DNA of 64,000 bases from Octopus vulgaris (GCA_951406725.2 OX597828.1:3348001-3412000), one strand, 5' to 3'; counted from the first letter of the stretch, positions 27,981-42,924 are shown. Notes: a model not told the origin generated them from the sequence alone. A program made the numbers and translations.

Positions 27981-29297
27981 ATGTAATGTGTCCTCTTGAA
28001 GCCCATCTACTTATTTTAGTATTCCAAAATTGTATGTAGATCTTATATTTGTCTGAGGTTGACATAAGAATTGAAAAATACTGGAAAATATTTTTTCTGG
28101 TTTAATTACATATTAAAGCTGGAGACTGGAAAAAATTGGGGTATTATTCATTCACCATTACATATGTTTCATTTACTAATATGATGAATAAATAATCTAG
28201 TCATTTTATCCAATCAGCTTTGATACATACATGCATACATACATACATGATTACATGTAATTGCGGCACGTGGATATGCAACACACTACCTTTGTACCAA
28301 TCTTGAGAAATTAGGCTTCTCCAAACCAGAAAGGAGAGAGCTGATTCGAAGACTACAGGGCTAAGCCATCACTGGAAGTGTAAACATTTTTTACAGGTTT
28401 ATCATTCAAGTATATATGCGCATGTCTAGGCATGTAACTATAAGCGTGACAATACATACTTAAAACGAAACATGCAAATCTGCATATGCACTGACTCCAA
28501 AAAAATGCACATATACACGCATACACGCAAAAATGGTCTGAAGCTGTTGTTGAAATTCCAAATAAAACTGAAGGGCATACATACATACATACGTATATAC
28601 ATACATATATACTCACGTACATACATACATAAGTACATGCATACGTACATACATACATACGTGCGCACATACAAACATACGTAATACATGCATACATATA
28701 TGTGATATATATATAATATATATATGTGTGTGTGTATATATATATGCATATGTATCTATATATATTTATAAGTATGTTTATATATGTATGTATGCATGCA
28801 TGTGTGTGTATGTGTGTGTGTGTGTGGCAAAAGCCAATAAATATTTTATATTATAAACAGCCTTCAAATTTACTTTGTCCCAGTAATTCAACAACAGAGC
28901 TTGCTACGGAATATATGTTTAGGTATATTTGGGGTACTTAAATGTACACATGACTTTGCTTCTACTTTTTCCGTGAGAATATGTAAGTGTTCCATTTATT
29001 CTAATCGCGCTTCTAAAGAAGGAAGAATCCCCGTGGATTAATCCAGGAATCGGTCCGATTCAGGAATAACGAATGTAAACAATTTCTGTTAGTTTGCTTT
29101 CTTCGTTTCAGCACGCTGTGTATTCATATTGAAAAATATTGTATATGGTTAGACGATCTAAGGTCTGTTTTTCAGCATATTGGCATAGAAATTTTTTTCT
29201 TTTGTCCTTATTTATAATTGTTTATAATTTTCACCTTAAAAGGTATTTTAATATACAGGCCACTGATAATTTTTAAAAAAATTTTTATCCTTATATT

Positions 29298-29335
<38 letters not shown>

Positions 29336-29871
29336 ACAAGCATCTATCTAGATACATTTTTGTAAAAAAAATGTGCGTAAAGATAGATAGATCGATATAT
29401 AGGCAGACAGACAGACAAACAGACAGACAAACAGACAGATAGGTATGCAATTTGTTATCGAATTAGTGGGCCAAATATTGCCTTAAAGGTCTTCAAAATA
29501 TTTATCGGCTTTTGCAAAGCTTATGCATATTAAATTGTGCGTTGAATTATTCACTATATAAAGAAAATACGATATATTTTATCAGTTCTGTGATAACCTA
29601 ATATATACATTAGTAAATCATGCAGATGGATTTGGAATATAATTCCTATTTCTTATATACTAATTTATAGGGGTTCGGACAGGGCGCATAATGGTTCGTA
29701 TCGTAGTTGGCTATAAACTAACTTTGCTTAGTTTCAAATCAATTCTGTTGAAACAACTTTTTGCCTGTAGTCATTTCATGGTTTACATCTGACATATGCC
29801 ATTTCTTTTTAAGATGGCATGGTGATGACAGGGTAACAAATGAGATTGCAACGTTTCTTATAAATGAGACA

Positions 29872-30066
<195 letters not shown>

Positions 30067-30692
30067 TCATGTAAAATGTACATAATGGTTGGTACACTTT
30101 AGAGTAGTAAGCAAGAGTACGAGATTGTTGCTTGTAGTACTAAGTTAAGCTTTCGGTAGATGTAACCTATTATAAAATGATGCCTTATGTTCTGAGAGAA
30201 GAAAAATATTCTTTTTCAATGCTGAATAACCGCAACGACCGACTTCTATTAATGGCAGTGGAGAAACTGAAAGACAAGAAAATCTCCAAAATCGAAACAA
30301 AAAAACCAAAAATATTAGATTGAAAGAGAATTTATTGAATCTAGTAATTTGTGAGCAATCGAATGTAATGCAGAAATACATTCAACTGAGCAATATTAAG
30401 ATCTGTAGGCCAGTGATTGCAGGTAATGTATTCGAACACACGCACACACACTCACACACACGCAACCTCACCCCAGTTGTATTTTAACAGTAATTTGATA
30501 GATCTACCTGATTTAGCTTTTGCTTGAAATATGAGAGTTTTGTGAATTAAGATATGAATACTTCACGTATTTTTTCTTATTACCTTAAGTAGAAACAAAC
30601 ATGAACAATCGCTGTATTTACGTGCTTCACACAACAAATTTCATTTCTTAATTTTCAATTACTTTAACCTCAGAAAAGTGGTTTAAAATTAA

Positions 30693-33441
30693 TTGTACAT
30701 CCGCGAGGACCTCACACCCCAGGTCCTTTTGTCATACTCAAATTCGGTGTGTGACACACTAATTGTACATATAATTCAACTTGGTGTAGTTAAATGTGCT
30801 ACATATCGCCCTCCAGATGCCCCAAGCCATGTAGGCAAGTTTGAAGACTGCCTTATAAAAATAGAAGTTCTAGTCACATTAGAACAACACATAAGTGTAC
30901 TTCTTATGGGAGACTTCAATCTACCCAATGTCAGATGGCCCGAGGGCCTTTCTCTCCCAGGAATGACACGATGTGAACGAGGACAGGCGAGGTCCCTCCT
31001 GAACCTCATCAACACTCTGTACATGGAGCAAGTAATACTCCAACCAACCAGGGCAGGTAACACACTGGATCTCTGCTTCACAAATAATATGAATCTCATC
31101 CATAATGTGAAAGTGACACCGATGCTACTCTCGGATCACAACATGGTAGAGCTGACCATGTACGGGCCAAAGGAAAGCATGGACATGCAGCCTACAAGAA
31201 ACTCTCAGAATCTTTCCAGCATGAACTTCCATAAGGCAAACTGGAAACAAATTGAGAAAGAGATCATTAAACAAAACTGGCCTGAATGTCTCTCCTCGCC
31301 AGACATCGACATGAAACTTCAACAATTCATGTCTGTAACGCAAGCCATATGCTACAAATGTGTCCCAGAGAGAAAGGCCACTGTACACAAAAACAAAATC
31401 CCCAGAGGGAGGAAAATTCTAATGAGACGGCGTACAAAGGTTTCAAATCACCTAAACAAACAAATTGAAAGCAGTGAAAAGTCCCGCCTGAAAATAAAAC
31501 TGTTGGAAATTGAAAAATGTTTGCAACTCTCCCATGAAAAAGAAAGAGCAGACAAAGAAGCCTGGCCTATAGACAACATAAAATCTAACCCCAGAGCTTT
31601 CTACAGGTATGCCAAAGAAACAGCTACGGTGCACTGTAGGATAGGGCCACTCCTTGAAAAGGATGGCACACTCACAGGAAATCCAATGAGGATAAGTGAA
31701 ATACTAAATGAGCAATTCAAGAGTATTTTCACTCCACCCCCTAGGGCATTTTCAAGTCAGCAATCCAACTGATTTCTTTACCACTGCAGATACAAAATCA
31801 GAGGCAGCGATGATTGATTACATCAATATTAAGGAAGACGATGTAATAGAGGCTATAGATGAAATGAAAACAAACTCAGCTACTGGCCCTGATGGATTCC
31901 CAGCAATCCTTCTAAAAGTATGTAAGCGAGTCCTAGCAAGACCACTGCAGTTCCTCTTTCAGAGCTTCCTTGCATCTGGCAAACTTCCAAGAAAACTGAA
32001 CGAAGGTAAAATATGCCCTATTCATAAAGGAGGTAGCAGAGCAGAGGCTAAGAACTACAGACCTATCTCTCAGACCTCACACATCAGCAAGGTCATGGAA
32101 CGAATAGTCAGAAGGAAACTAATCACCTTCCTTAAAGAAAATGATTTGCTGCCTGACACCCAACACGGTTTCCGACCAGGAAGAAGCTGCTTAACTCAGC
32201 TCCTACAACACTATGACTGGGTGCTGAAACGACTGCTCAACCACTCAAATGTGGAAGTGATATATCTCGACTTTGCAAAGGCTTTTGATAAAGTCGATCA
32301 TGGAATGATATGTCACAAACTGCGTGATCTTGGCATAGTTGGAAAATTGGGAGAATGGCTTCATGACTTTCTGAAGGATAGAAGTCAGGTGGTAGTAGCC
32401 AATGGGGCCACTTCCATTAACACGCAAATAGTGAGCGGTGTTCCACAGGGCACTGTTTTAGGACCACTACTGTTCATAATAGCCCTCTCAGACATGCCCT
32501 CAGCCACACAGAGAGCCACGATCACAAGTTATGCAGATGATACAAAAGTTTCACAGGCAATACAGAACCCTGAAGACACTAAGCACCTGCAATGTGAGCT
32601 GGACAAAATATACAAGTGGGCTGAAAAGAATAGCATGCAGTTCAATGCTGAAAAGTTTCAAGCTTTATGCTATCAGCATGCAAAACTAAATGCAATACCC
32701 AATGAATACACTGGACTTGGAGGGATTGCAATCCCAGAGGCACAATCAGTGCGAGACCTGGGTATTTACATAAGTGATAATGCAACCTTTCATGTGCATG
32801 TTGCTAAATTGGCAATGAAATGTAGGCGGCTGACCGGATAGATTCTTAGAACCTTTAGAACAAGAGACCAGGAAACCATGATGGTCCTCTGGAGGACACT
32901 TGTCCTAAGCCACTTTGACTATTGCTCTCAGCTATGGTCACCATCCAGTGTCAAGTTAATCACAGAACTTGAGGCGATCCAACGAAGCTACACAAAGAAG
33001 ATAGCCTCTGTGCAGCATATAAGCTACTGGGAAAGACTCAAGAGATTAAGACTCTATTCCTTAGAGCGTAGGTGAGAAAGATATGCCATAATATACATCT
33101 GGAAGATCCTAGAAGGACTTGTCCCAAACTTTGGCATCGAGAGTTACACAAATGCCAGAACTGGGCGCCACTGCATAGTGCCAAGGACTTCAAATTTGCC
33201 ATCAAGATGTAGGAGGAGATACTGTGATAGCCTGATCTTTCGAGGCCCACAGCTCTTCAATATCCTCCCTAATAACATAAGAGACCTGCATGGGGTGGAT
33301 GCAGATGTCTTTAAAATAAAACTGGATCTCTTTTTGTCAGGTGTCCCAGATGAACCAACTTCACGACAGGAGGTGCAGATGAGGGCAGCTGCATCGAACT
33401 CTCTCATGCACCAAATGGCAGTTGCTAAAAAGCATTCGTGA
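30693..33441 (+). pseudogene. LINE ORF2 (APE endonuclease + reverse transcriptase), disrupted
   Basis: APE motifs YRPP, MGDFNLP, PTRAGNTLDL, SDHN (30693..31772); RT motifs NYRPIS, QHGFRPGRSC, YLDFAKAFDKVDH, SGVPQGTVLGPLLF, YADD (31708..32841); frameshift near 31735 and stops at 32839-41 and 33073-75. Confidence 0.93.
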
Positions 33442-33525
33442 AGTAAAATCATGTAGCAACACCAAATGGCGGTGCCCCAGCATGGCCGCAGCTTGTGAGC
33501 TGAAACTAGATAAAAATAGAAAAAA
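30693..33525 (+). mobile_element. 5'-truncated CR1-group LINE retrotransposon
   Basis: Contiguous APE, RT and C-terminal coding segments followed by a stem-loop 3' tail and A-rich end. Confidence 0.93.
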
Positions 33526-34364
33526 TGTATTTGGACGGAATGTAAGTTATACGAAACCAATGGCTGAAGTAAAATAGCTCACAATGCGTTCTACATATTA
33601 AAAAAAAGAGTTAATGTATTTGTTATAATGAGATGAAAAACAAACAATCGAGCGTGCATTTGCAGTTAGTATACAAAACGCTCTGTTGTGGGGTAAAAAA
33701 AAAACTGGAAAAAGAAAAGAAAATATTAAAAAAAGCATGAAAAATATAATTCAGTTGGGTAAGATGTATGGAATTTTTGGACAGTTATTGGTAGACTGGA
33801 TCTCGTACTTCACCCGGTCAAATGAACGGATATATTTCGGTTTTGTAAGACCTTACTCAGAAGCATATTGAAAATGATTGGCAACATTAACTGATCAGTA
33901 CATTTAGAAATATAAGGAATATAGTGACACCCATTATACGTTATGAATAAAGATTAAGAGAAAAGTATCCAAGGGAGAAACCTGCATACTAAATTCAGAT
34001 GCAGTAAGATCTCTCGTAGTAAGATGAGAAAAGACGAACGGTTGCAATTATCTAATCAATTAGTTGACAACGCTCTCTCTAACGATGCTGAAAATCTAAA
34101 ACCAACAAGCAAGCTTTTACTGTCAAAAATGTCGATATCTCCTTGCATTGATCTTATTTTTATTTTTATTTTATTTTAAACACACCTACAAGGGATTTGT
34201 CTCCTAATTGTTCGGGTAATATTAATTGATGGATTTTGTTTTCAAGTTACTATTTTGAATATACAAAATTCTTAATTATTCATGTAGGTAAGTTAATGTA
34301 CGCCCATCCTTAAATGTTAAATTCCATTTAGTTTTTTTTCTACCTCAGTATTCATATTTCATCA

Positions 34365-34630
34365 GAGGTGCAGGCGTGGCTGTTGCGGTATGAAGTTTAC
34401 TTCCACTGCATAGCATCTTGAACAAGTGTCTTCTACCATAGCAACGGGCCGACCAAAGTCATGTGAGCAGATTTGGTAAAAACCAAACAAAATCTCGTCA
34501 TACATATGTATATAAAATAAGTACCAGGTTGAAAGATCACTGGGCTTATTTGTTCGACAATGCATTCTTCAAGGTGATGGCCCAGCATGGACACAGTTAT
34601 TAAACTGGGACAAGTAAAGGATAAAAATAT
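34365..34630 (+). mobile_element. SINE family A, degenerate with internal deletions
   Basis: ggtgcaggcgtggctgttgcggta head and ggtgatggcccagcatggacacag tail. Confidence 0.8.
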
Positions 34631-35162
34631 AAAAGATACCAACTCCGTTATATGTCTTTCATATATTTTCGTTTTTACTTTAACTACCCAACTCTTCAGA
34701 GCATATAAACTCCTCTATCGATGATCTCCTCCTTCCCTGTGCAGGAGTTAGCCACACGCAAATTAAATACTTCTTGACAGGTGTTGAATTGCTTTCCAGA
34801 AGAATTACCTTGAAAATGTCCGAGGTTTGGGAAATTACAATTTTTTCTCCTTTAGCAGCATTTACAAATCAAGGTGTTTTGTTCGGTACTAGAAAATTGC
34901 ACGATCTGATCAGCAGCCGATTGTCTTAAACATATTTAATTCATTGCCATCGTCCCTTCTCATCATTCATGCAGTGTCTCACCTCCCAAATGCTTTGTGG
35001 TGGTACCCTGTTATATCCTCTCTTCTAAACGCATATCTCGGTCGTATCAACATAAAGAAAGTTCAGACTAATATTCACGAGCATTGGAAAGCACGATAGA
35101 AGATAGCCTAGAAATAATATCGACACATCCTCTCTGCTTTAGACGAAACAAAACTTTTCATA

Positions 35163-35800
35163 CAGGCGCAGGCGTTGCTGCGTAGTAAGAATATTGCTTC
35201 CCAACCACATGGCTCTGGGTTCAGTCCTACTGCGTGGTACCTTGGGCTAGTGACTACTACTATAGCCTTGGGCCGGCCTAAGCCGAGTGAGTGAATTTGG
35301 TAGATGGAAACTGAAAGAAGCACGTTGTATATATATATATATATATATATATATACGAGGGGTGCTGAAAAGTTCCTGTCTTTGATGGTATTGCAAAAGG
35401 CCTAGTTGGAGGCTCAACCTTCTGAGTTCTTTTATAGAGGTTAGAAAAACTGAAAGGCCGCTGTAATAATTGTGTGATTCTGAGAGGGGGAATACGTTGA
35501 ATAAAACATCACTAACTAATCCTCCTGTATTTTCTTTTGCCAAAGGCCAGAAAATTTTCAGCACCCCGTGTGTGTGTTTGTGTGAGCGTACGCGTGTGTG
35601 TTCTTCCCTACCACCCTTGACAAGTAGTGTCAGTGTGCTTATGTCCCCGTAACATTAGCGGTTCGACAAAAGAGATCTCTAGAATAAGAATCAGGCTTAA
35701 AAACATTACTGAGGTATATTCAGTCAACTAAAATATTTTCAAGGCGATGCCCCAGCATGGTCACTGTTTAGTGACTGAAACTAGTCAAAGATAAAAGATA
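35163..35800 (+). mobile_element. SINE family A, full length, interrupted by a MITE
   Basis: Head from 35163, internal (TA)n, tail ggcgatgccccagcatggtcactgtttagtgactgaaac. Confidence 0.88.
35356..35568. mobile_element. Mariner-type MITE inserted in the SINE (TA)n tract
   Basis: TIRs cgaggggtgctgaaaagttcctg / ccagaaaattttcagcaccccg, preceded by TA. Confidence 0.82.
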
Positions 35801-38800
35801 GAACATTAAACAGACTCGAAACCTCACTTTCCTATAATATGAGGAACATAGCCTTGATATCGCTACTATTTTCATCTATAGGTCCTCTTGTTAAGCAGGT
35901 GTTAATAATGAAATCAGTATAAACAAAATTGTTGGTAAAACAGTATCCTCATTGATAGCGGAAGCTTAAGTCAATGGTATTAATACTGATATTGTTTCCA
36001 TTTATAATATATAAATATTATATATTCTGTCAATGTTCAATAACGCGTACATGTGATACTATTAACATATATATCTTTTGAAGAATTCACTTTTCAATCT
36101 CATTGAAAAATTCAAAAGTTTTGTGAATAGAGATTCGTTTTAGTATTTCTAGTATTATCTGGCGTATACAACACAATTTCTCTAACATTTGGTTTGGTAC
36201 ATTTTATTGTATATTTATTTTATATAGTTGTTAGGGAAATATTATTCACCGGATTGATAAAATTTGCAGAACGGCGGATAAAACGTCTGGCAGTATTGAG
36301 TTATCTGCCTTTACTTTCTGTGTTCAAAAGTCTGAAGATAATTTGCCTTTTTCCTTTCCGGTGTTGATACATATACGAGTCAAGTATTGTAGGTTTTATC
36401 ATATTTGAAGCATTGTACCGGCATTAGAGATTAATATTATTTCCTGTTCAGAAAGTGTGAAAGAAGGCGCTCAGCATACTTTACCTTGAGCGTAAATTTA
36501 TTTGTTCAATTCTTGGTAACAGGATGGTCGTATAGCACTTGCCCATTTCTTCACATCGTCCTTTGCATTTTTCATTGAACTCTGGAACGTCTTTTGAGCT
36601 GTAGCCTAGTTAGATAACAGAGGGCAGATAAGGCAGAGCTCATAGTATGGTCTACTTCTCCACATTCACAGGTTGTTGGCTTGGTTTTGGTGCCTCGTAT
36701 CACCGAAGCAACATTTGATCGTCCCGTTCTCGTTGTTAAGCGATTATCTTCCGCTGAATTCTTTATAAAAGCGTTCACGTCGCATTCTCTCTGTCAAGTA
36801 ATACATGGTTTTACCTGCGAATTCTACTAAAGACTTGGAAGCCGATTTGGAAAAGAAATGTAGGGAGTCTACAATATTGAATTTGCACCTGTAACCCTGA
36901 ATTCATATGTTCTCAAGTCGGACTTCGCTTTTACAAACGAGGGAGACATTACGTGATTGCTCATCCTGCAGAAAATAGCCAGCGAGATCTCATTGAAATT
37001 ACGTTCTGCTGTCTTAAAAAGAAAGGATATATAGGAGTCAGGAGTACACTGCACTGTAGAAAATACGAGAAAGTCACAGAAAGATTTTAATCAAAGGTTT
37101 GCTCGACCTGGAACAATCACAATGAACAGGAGTTAAAACCTTTAAATTTCAGTAAATCCTTGGTTTCTTTTATTCTTATATTTTTTATTCATCTCTAAAA
37201 TGCAACTCGCAGGCGATATATTGACCATTTGCATCAGTCAATAGAATGAAGCGTTCCGGCGCAGCATAAATACATTTCCTTCACTAGATTTGATGTGACA
37301 ATACCTTACTCACTCGGCAATTACTATTGTATACTACATTTTATTCCACAAATGTTTTATGGCTAACTAAAATAACTATCATATTAGTCAGCGTTATTTA
37401 GTAATCTATCGGCGATCCGAGTTCACAACTTGATTTCTATTCTCAGGAGTGGCCATTTCACTTTATTTACAATGTAAATATCTGTGAGAAATGTATGACG
37501 CTCTTAACATCTCGTTTCTTCTACTCCGTAGATCTGAAACGTTGACAAAGCAATCAATAATGCTATATACCTCTCACTGTTCTCCTCCCTACCACACAGA
37601 CATGAAGAAAAAGACGTAACAGCGTCACCACAGTTGGTTGTTTGATTGATCGATGCTGGAAGTGGACAACTAGCTTGTTAATTAAACATCAGCGAGGTGC
37701 AATGATGCAGCAACAATAAACAGCAGTTTCTTTTCTTTCTTTTCTACTTATTTTATTGTATTTTTTCATCGCCATGGGCTTTGAAGAGATACAGCGTGCA
37801 AATTGAGAACTATCAGGTTATTAGGTCAACTATTTTAAAACAATTGATGGCTGCTCAGTCATCCAATGGAACAGAATAAAACTAGAGAACAGACAGATAA
37901 AACGAAACTCATTCTACATTAACACACGAGCTGAATTAAAATTTGTGTAGTAAAACTTTGCAGCGAATACTCTCCCTTAAGAATGTAAATGTACGAGAGA
38001 AAATGAGAAACAGTGATAAGTAATCTTTAAGTTAAACTATACTCATAATCACATGAGGAATAACTTTGAAACAAAAGAATGAGATTTATTTCTCACAAGA
38101 AAGTTAAGTGTTTAAGGAAGTGAGAACAGGAACTATTACAAAATGTAAAATTATCTAAAAATGTTGGAAAATGTAAAGGTGTGTTGTTTATTTCTTGTGC
38201 TTAACATTAAGTCAACTTCCTGTCAATATGATAAAATAAAGTGACAGTTTGCCACTTCTCGTATATCGGAGATTTTCTGAGATGAATGTTTCGACCGGGT
38301 TTGAATAATGCAACTCGCCAATTATATTCACAATTACTTTATATAAACAACACTACCACTGATATCACGTGGCAAATTATTGGCGGTTGGTACACATCAA
38401 AGGCATTTTGCTGTCAATGCTACAACAAGTGAGGACATTGTATAATTGTGCAATGTTTTATTTTGTTGTGATGTTAAGCAAAATCTAGACAAAAGCTGTG
38501 CTAGATTTTCTATTTCATAAAATAATGTATTTCAGGGGATAATGTAGAGATCTTCTTTATATAATAACATGCAATGCAAACTGATAAATTATGATATTCC
38601 TCCTCTTTGCAGAATAAATTAGGCCTAGAACATTGGCTTCAATGCCTACAATCTTTTAGTTTAAAAAATAACAGATTGTTTTTCTTTGCTTGTTACAAGC
38701 CTTTAAACTCGAGAGGACGCTTTAATAGTCACGATTTCGTTTGATTATACCCATGGAAGACGCAAAAGCGTGTGGTTACATAGTTTTGTGTTTACAGCAA

Positions 38801-39379
38801 TAATTAACGATATTCCTGCGAAATTAATGATGTTTCTGCCAATTAGTGAGCGGCTGACTCAAAACCATATGATGTCCCGCTTTTGTGACTTACAGGAGTA
38901 TTGTCAAACGAAATCTCGTTCAATTAAGTGTACTCGCAAGTTCAACGGGTTAAAAAAAGGCTTTAGTGAAACCTAGTCTCTCATTGACATTTTTGCAATC
39001 CTTAATGGCCTACATATCTCACAGCAGTTGAAATAGCCTGCAGTTGGTACTTTCGAAGATGTTTTTCGATGAAATTCGTACGGATTTGGATATGATTTAA
39101 AAATAGGGATGTTAATTTTTCTTTCTAGCCTTTTATAATAACGTGTAATGAGTAGTTCATTCTTCAAATTTATGTAAGCACAGCAAAAGTTAAAAATGGG
39201 ACACACCCCACTAACAAATACTTGAGAATTATCGACTGACAAGATTTAATGATTTTATCCGTAGCAACACCCAATGAGAAACTCAACGAAACCCGAACAC
39301 ATGCGGTACAAAGAAGTAAAAGACAGAAACGTCAATGGAAAACACAACAACCATTGTTAACTGTTAGTTTCAAATATTT

Positions 39380-39580
39380 GTACCAGGCCAGCAATTTCGG
39401 GGGAGAGGGAAAGTTGATTACATTGACCCTAGTATTCAACTGGTACTTATTTGATCAACTCCGAAAGAATGAAAGGTAAACTCAACCCCGGAGGATTTGA
39501 ACTCAGAACGTAAAGATGAATGAAATGCAGCTAAGCATTTTGCCCGCGTTCTAACGATTCTGTCAGCTCGCCATCTTAAT
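39380..39580 (-). mobile_element. SINE family B
   Basis: Minus strand ggcgagctgacagaatcgttagaacgcgggcaaaatgcttagc...ctgagttcaaatcc. Confidence 0.82.
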
Positions 39581-39905
39581 TTTGTTAACTATTGGAAATA
39601 GAACTACAACTCAGGGAATTACCAATGCAAACAAATAGTAAAAAGACAAAAAATATAAATTTTACTGCGTATCTCAGTCTGGCAACAGGGGAATCAGTCT
39701 AATATAGAAATCAATTTTGTTTTTTAAAAGGCCATATCATATTTTGTTTAAACTTTTAAATTTTAAATGAAATATTATAACAATATATAACAAAATCAAT
39801 AACAGCTAAAATCACTATATCTTCTTTGTTGGTGTATTTACTCACCAGTTACTTAGCGGTTCGGCAAAACAGACTGATAGAATAAATACTGGGCTTCAAC
39901 CCGTA

Positions 39906-39998
<93 letters not shown>

Positions 39999-40189
39999 TA
40001 TTTTATTATTTATAAATTTAACCTTTAAAGGTATCTTTTGATATGCTGGCTATTGATAAAAAATTTTTTCCCGAAAAAAATTTTATCCTACATTAGTTAT
40101 ATATATATATATAAATGTATATACGAGTGGAGAGAAGAAAGGTCATTCAACACATTTATTCATCAAAACAGTTTGATTCAAAATCCTTG

Positions 40190-40495
40190 GTACTCCGAAT
40201 TTCAAAGCCTCATGCCACAGATCGCGTGCAGCATAACAGAGTCAGGCTGATAAAAGTGTTACCATATTGAACGATTGACCAGCTCAGAGTTCTGACTTAA
40301 ATATCATCGAGCAAATGTGGACAGAACTAGGGAAGAGTTCGTCTGAAGAATCTACACAATCTTGAATAGTTGTGGGAGCTCAGCCACAGAGAGTGGCATC
40401 TCATACCTGTGAAGATGGCGAAGGATTTGCTGGCATCTCTTCCCAGGCGCATTGAAGCAAGTATTCAAGCTAAGGGAAGTTACACGAAATATTAA
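40190..40495 (+). mobile_element. Tc1 transposase C-terminal relic
   Basis: Translates *PAQSSDLNIIEQMWTEL...LLASLPRRIEASIQAKGSYTKY*, matching WPxQSPDLNPIE and PRRxxAVIxAKGGxTKY. Confidence 0.8.
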
Positions 40496-40499
40496 CGTA

Positions 40500-40872
40500 C
40501 TCTTTACTCTCTTTTACTCTCTTTTACTTGTTTCAGTCATTTGACTGCGGCCATGCTGGTGCACCGCCTTTAGTCGAGAAAATCGATCCCACGACTTATT
40601 CTTTGTAAGCCTAGTACTTATTCTATTGGTCTCTTTTGCCGAACCACTAAGTTACGGAGACATAAACACACCACCATCGGTTGTCAAGCGATGTTGGGGG
40701 AACAAACGACGGGCTTCTTTCAGTTTCTGTCTACCAAATCCACTCACAAGGCTTTGGTTGCCCCGAGGCTATTGAGGCTATAGAAGTCACTTGCCCAAGG
40801 TGTCACGCAGTGGGAATGAACCCGGAACCATGTGGTTGGTAAGCAAGTTACCTACCATACAGCCACTCCTGG
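40500..40872 (-). mobile_element. SINE family A, full length, lacking an internal microsatellite
   Basis: Tail repeats (tactcttt)n at 40500-40527 and head ending ...agccactcctg. Confidence 0.92.
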
Positions 40873-41760
40873 AACATTATATAATTAGTTTTCCTTATAG
40901 ATATTTTTCTGTTATAAAACACTGTATCTTGATTAGTTTACGTGAGGTGGCCGAAAACTTTTGTATGGCCACTAGTGCTAGTTGTCTCGCATCTTCCCCT
41001 CTCGTTCAGAACCCCTGCTACAAAAATACAATAATTAGGATGGAAATGACTCCAACAGGACAAATGTTTCATCTGTAAAAGAAAAAAAAAATACAATGCG
41101 AAACATCCTCTTATAAGTTGCAATCAGTAGAAATTTGCAATAGTTTAAAATGGCCGAAGAACTTTGCACGATGCTGTGTATATATGCGTGGATTAAGGTC
41201 CCCATTGACATGTCACTGGTATTTATAGAGTGTTAAACACTTTCGGCATGCAAATTAGAGACTCCTTCATAGAGTAACTGCTGCATTTGTTGAGTATATA
41301 AACACTTTGGCTACTTGTTTATCCGGAGAGTGCCACAATGATAAGGGCCCAATAAGGTTCGATCAATCTTTCTCTTTCCTCTTCTAATCCTTTTGACCGA
41401 TACCATTTTTATCTATTATCTATTCTCTTCTCTTTATCTACTTCCCCTACCAGTATATTCTCAAAATTTCATTTACACTACAAGATCCTTTTGAACGAAC
41501 AGCACATGGTATTAATATATGCACACTATCCTTTTGAAATAGCAAACTGTCAACTCCTATCGGAATTTACATACCATGGACAAGAAGCATCTTTACCTAT
41601 TCTGCACAGCACATTCCTAGCATAATGGAACAGCGACTCTAACATCCAACATGTATTTTTATTCTCATACTTCTCTTTATATTTCCTGTATCTTTCCCTG
41701 TCCAAAATAACTTCTTATATAATGAACCCTACTATTTCCTATTGAAACTCTCTCATATCA

Positions 41761-41806
41761 TCTCTGATGATGGGATATCTTCTACATACATGAAACAGCT
41801 GTAAGA
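41761..41806 (+). ncRNA. Minimal type I hammerhead motif (Penelope-type), stem II decayed
   Basis: TCT-CTGATGA-tgggatatcttctacatacat-GAAA-C-AGCT-G-TA-AGA; palindromic stem III loop; only a 3-bp stem I. Confidence 0.62.
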
Positions 41807-41997
41807 CTATCTTTCTCTTTATAACTGTCCTAGAAACATCACACTTCCTTGACCTTATTACCTCATTTTATTTAACATATACACGCTAAAACACGACCCG
41901 CATCAGACTCCTCACTCATATTACTATTGAACCGGGAGTCGAACAGCGGTCCTTCAGTAGCACATACCTGCCTTTTGGGTCTTCTGAATGACAAAAC

Positions 41998-42112
<115 letters not shown>

Positions 42113-42924
42113 GTATACTTGCGCATATATATGAATCTATCTCACTCATTGAAGCAATCTAATATGTATAGAGAAAAATGAATGTATATAGATACACTCA
42201 CACATAGAAATTAACATGATATATGTACACATACACATGCATACATACAGTAAGCATATTGCTACCCGCATTAGCACAAACAACACCTTCTAATTATATA
42301 ATATACTGGAAAATTCATCTCTGTAGCTTCGTTTGATCCAAGAATGTATAGTTCAATCGTGAGACAGTTGCAATCATTCAATATAGAAAAGATCAATGTC
42401 ATATGTTAGAACTTAAAAATTAATTATCGAACCTATAGAACAGATTATTTATTTCCTATTTTATTGCAGCAGAAATATTCCAACATAGGTCCGGGTAGTA
42501 ATCAATATTTGTGGAGATTATGTAGTATATGGAGACGGAGAACTGTTGATATGTTATTTAATATATTTACACTTTGTATTGAGTCAGGTTGATCGTTGAT
42601 CAAAGTCATGTGTTACGAACTTATAAGCTACATAATAGTTATATACGAATATAAGTATTGTATATCTATATACACCCCTAAAAATGCCACTCTGTACATT
42701 GTATACCAATTAACAATTCTGTGCAAATGATTATCTTTGGGAAATATATATTAATATACTATTAGATAATTGAATGTTAGAAACAAAATAATCTTAGATT
42801 AAATGTCAGCAGAAACGCCAACATGGGTCAAATTGTTTTTAGCTGTTAATAACAAAAGATCTAGTGTTAAATTGATCAGTTCAAATACAACTCTCGTTTA
42901 CCCGTGTCTTATATCTGCTATCTA

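Noticed and set aside
36560-37080. Possible host exon or gag relic (TCECGEVDH)
   Set aside because: Broken frames, incomplete knuckle and no clear splice sites
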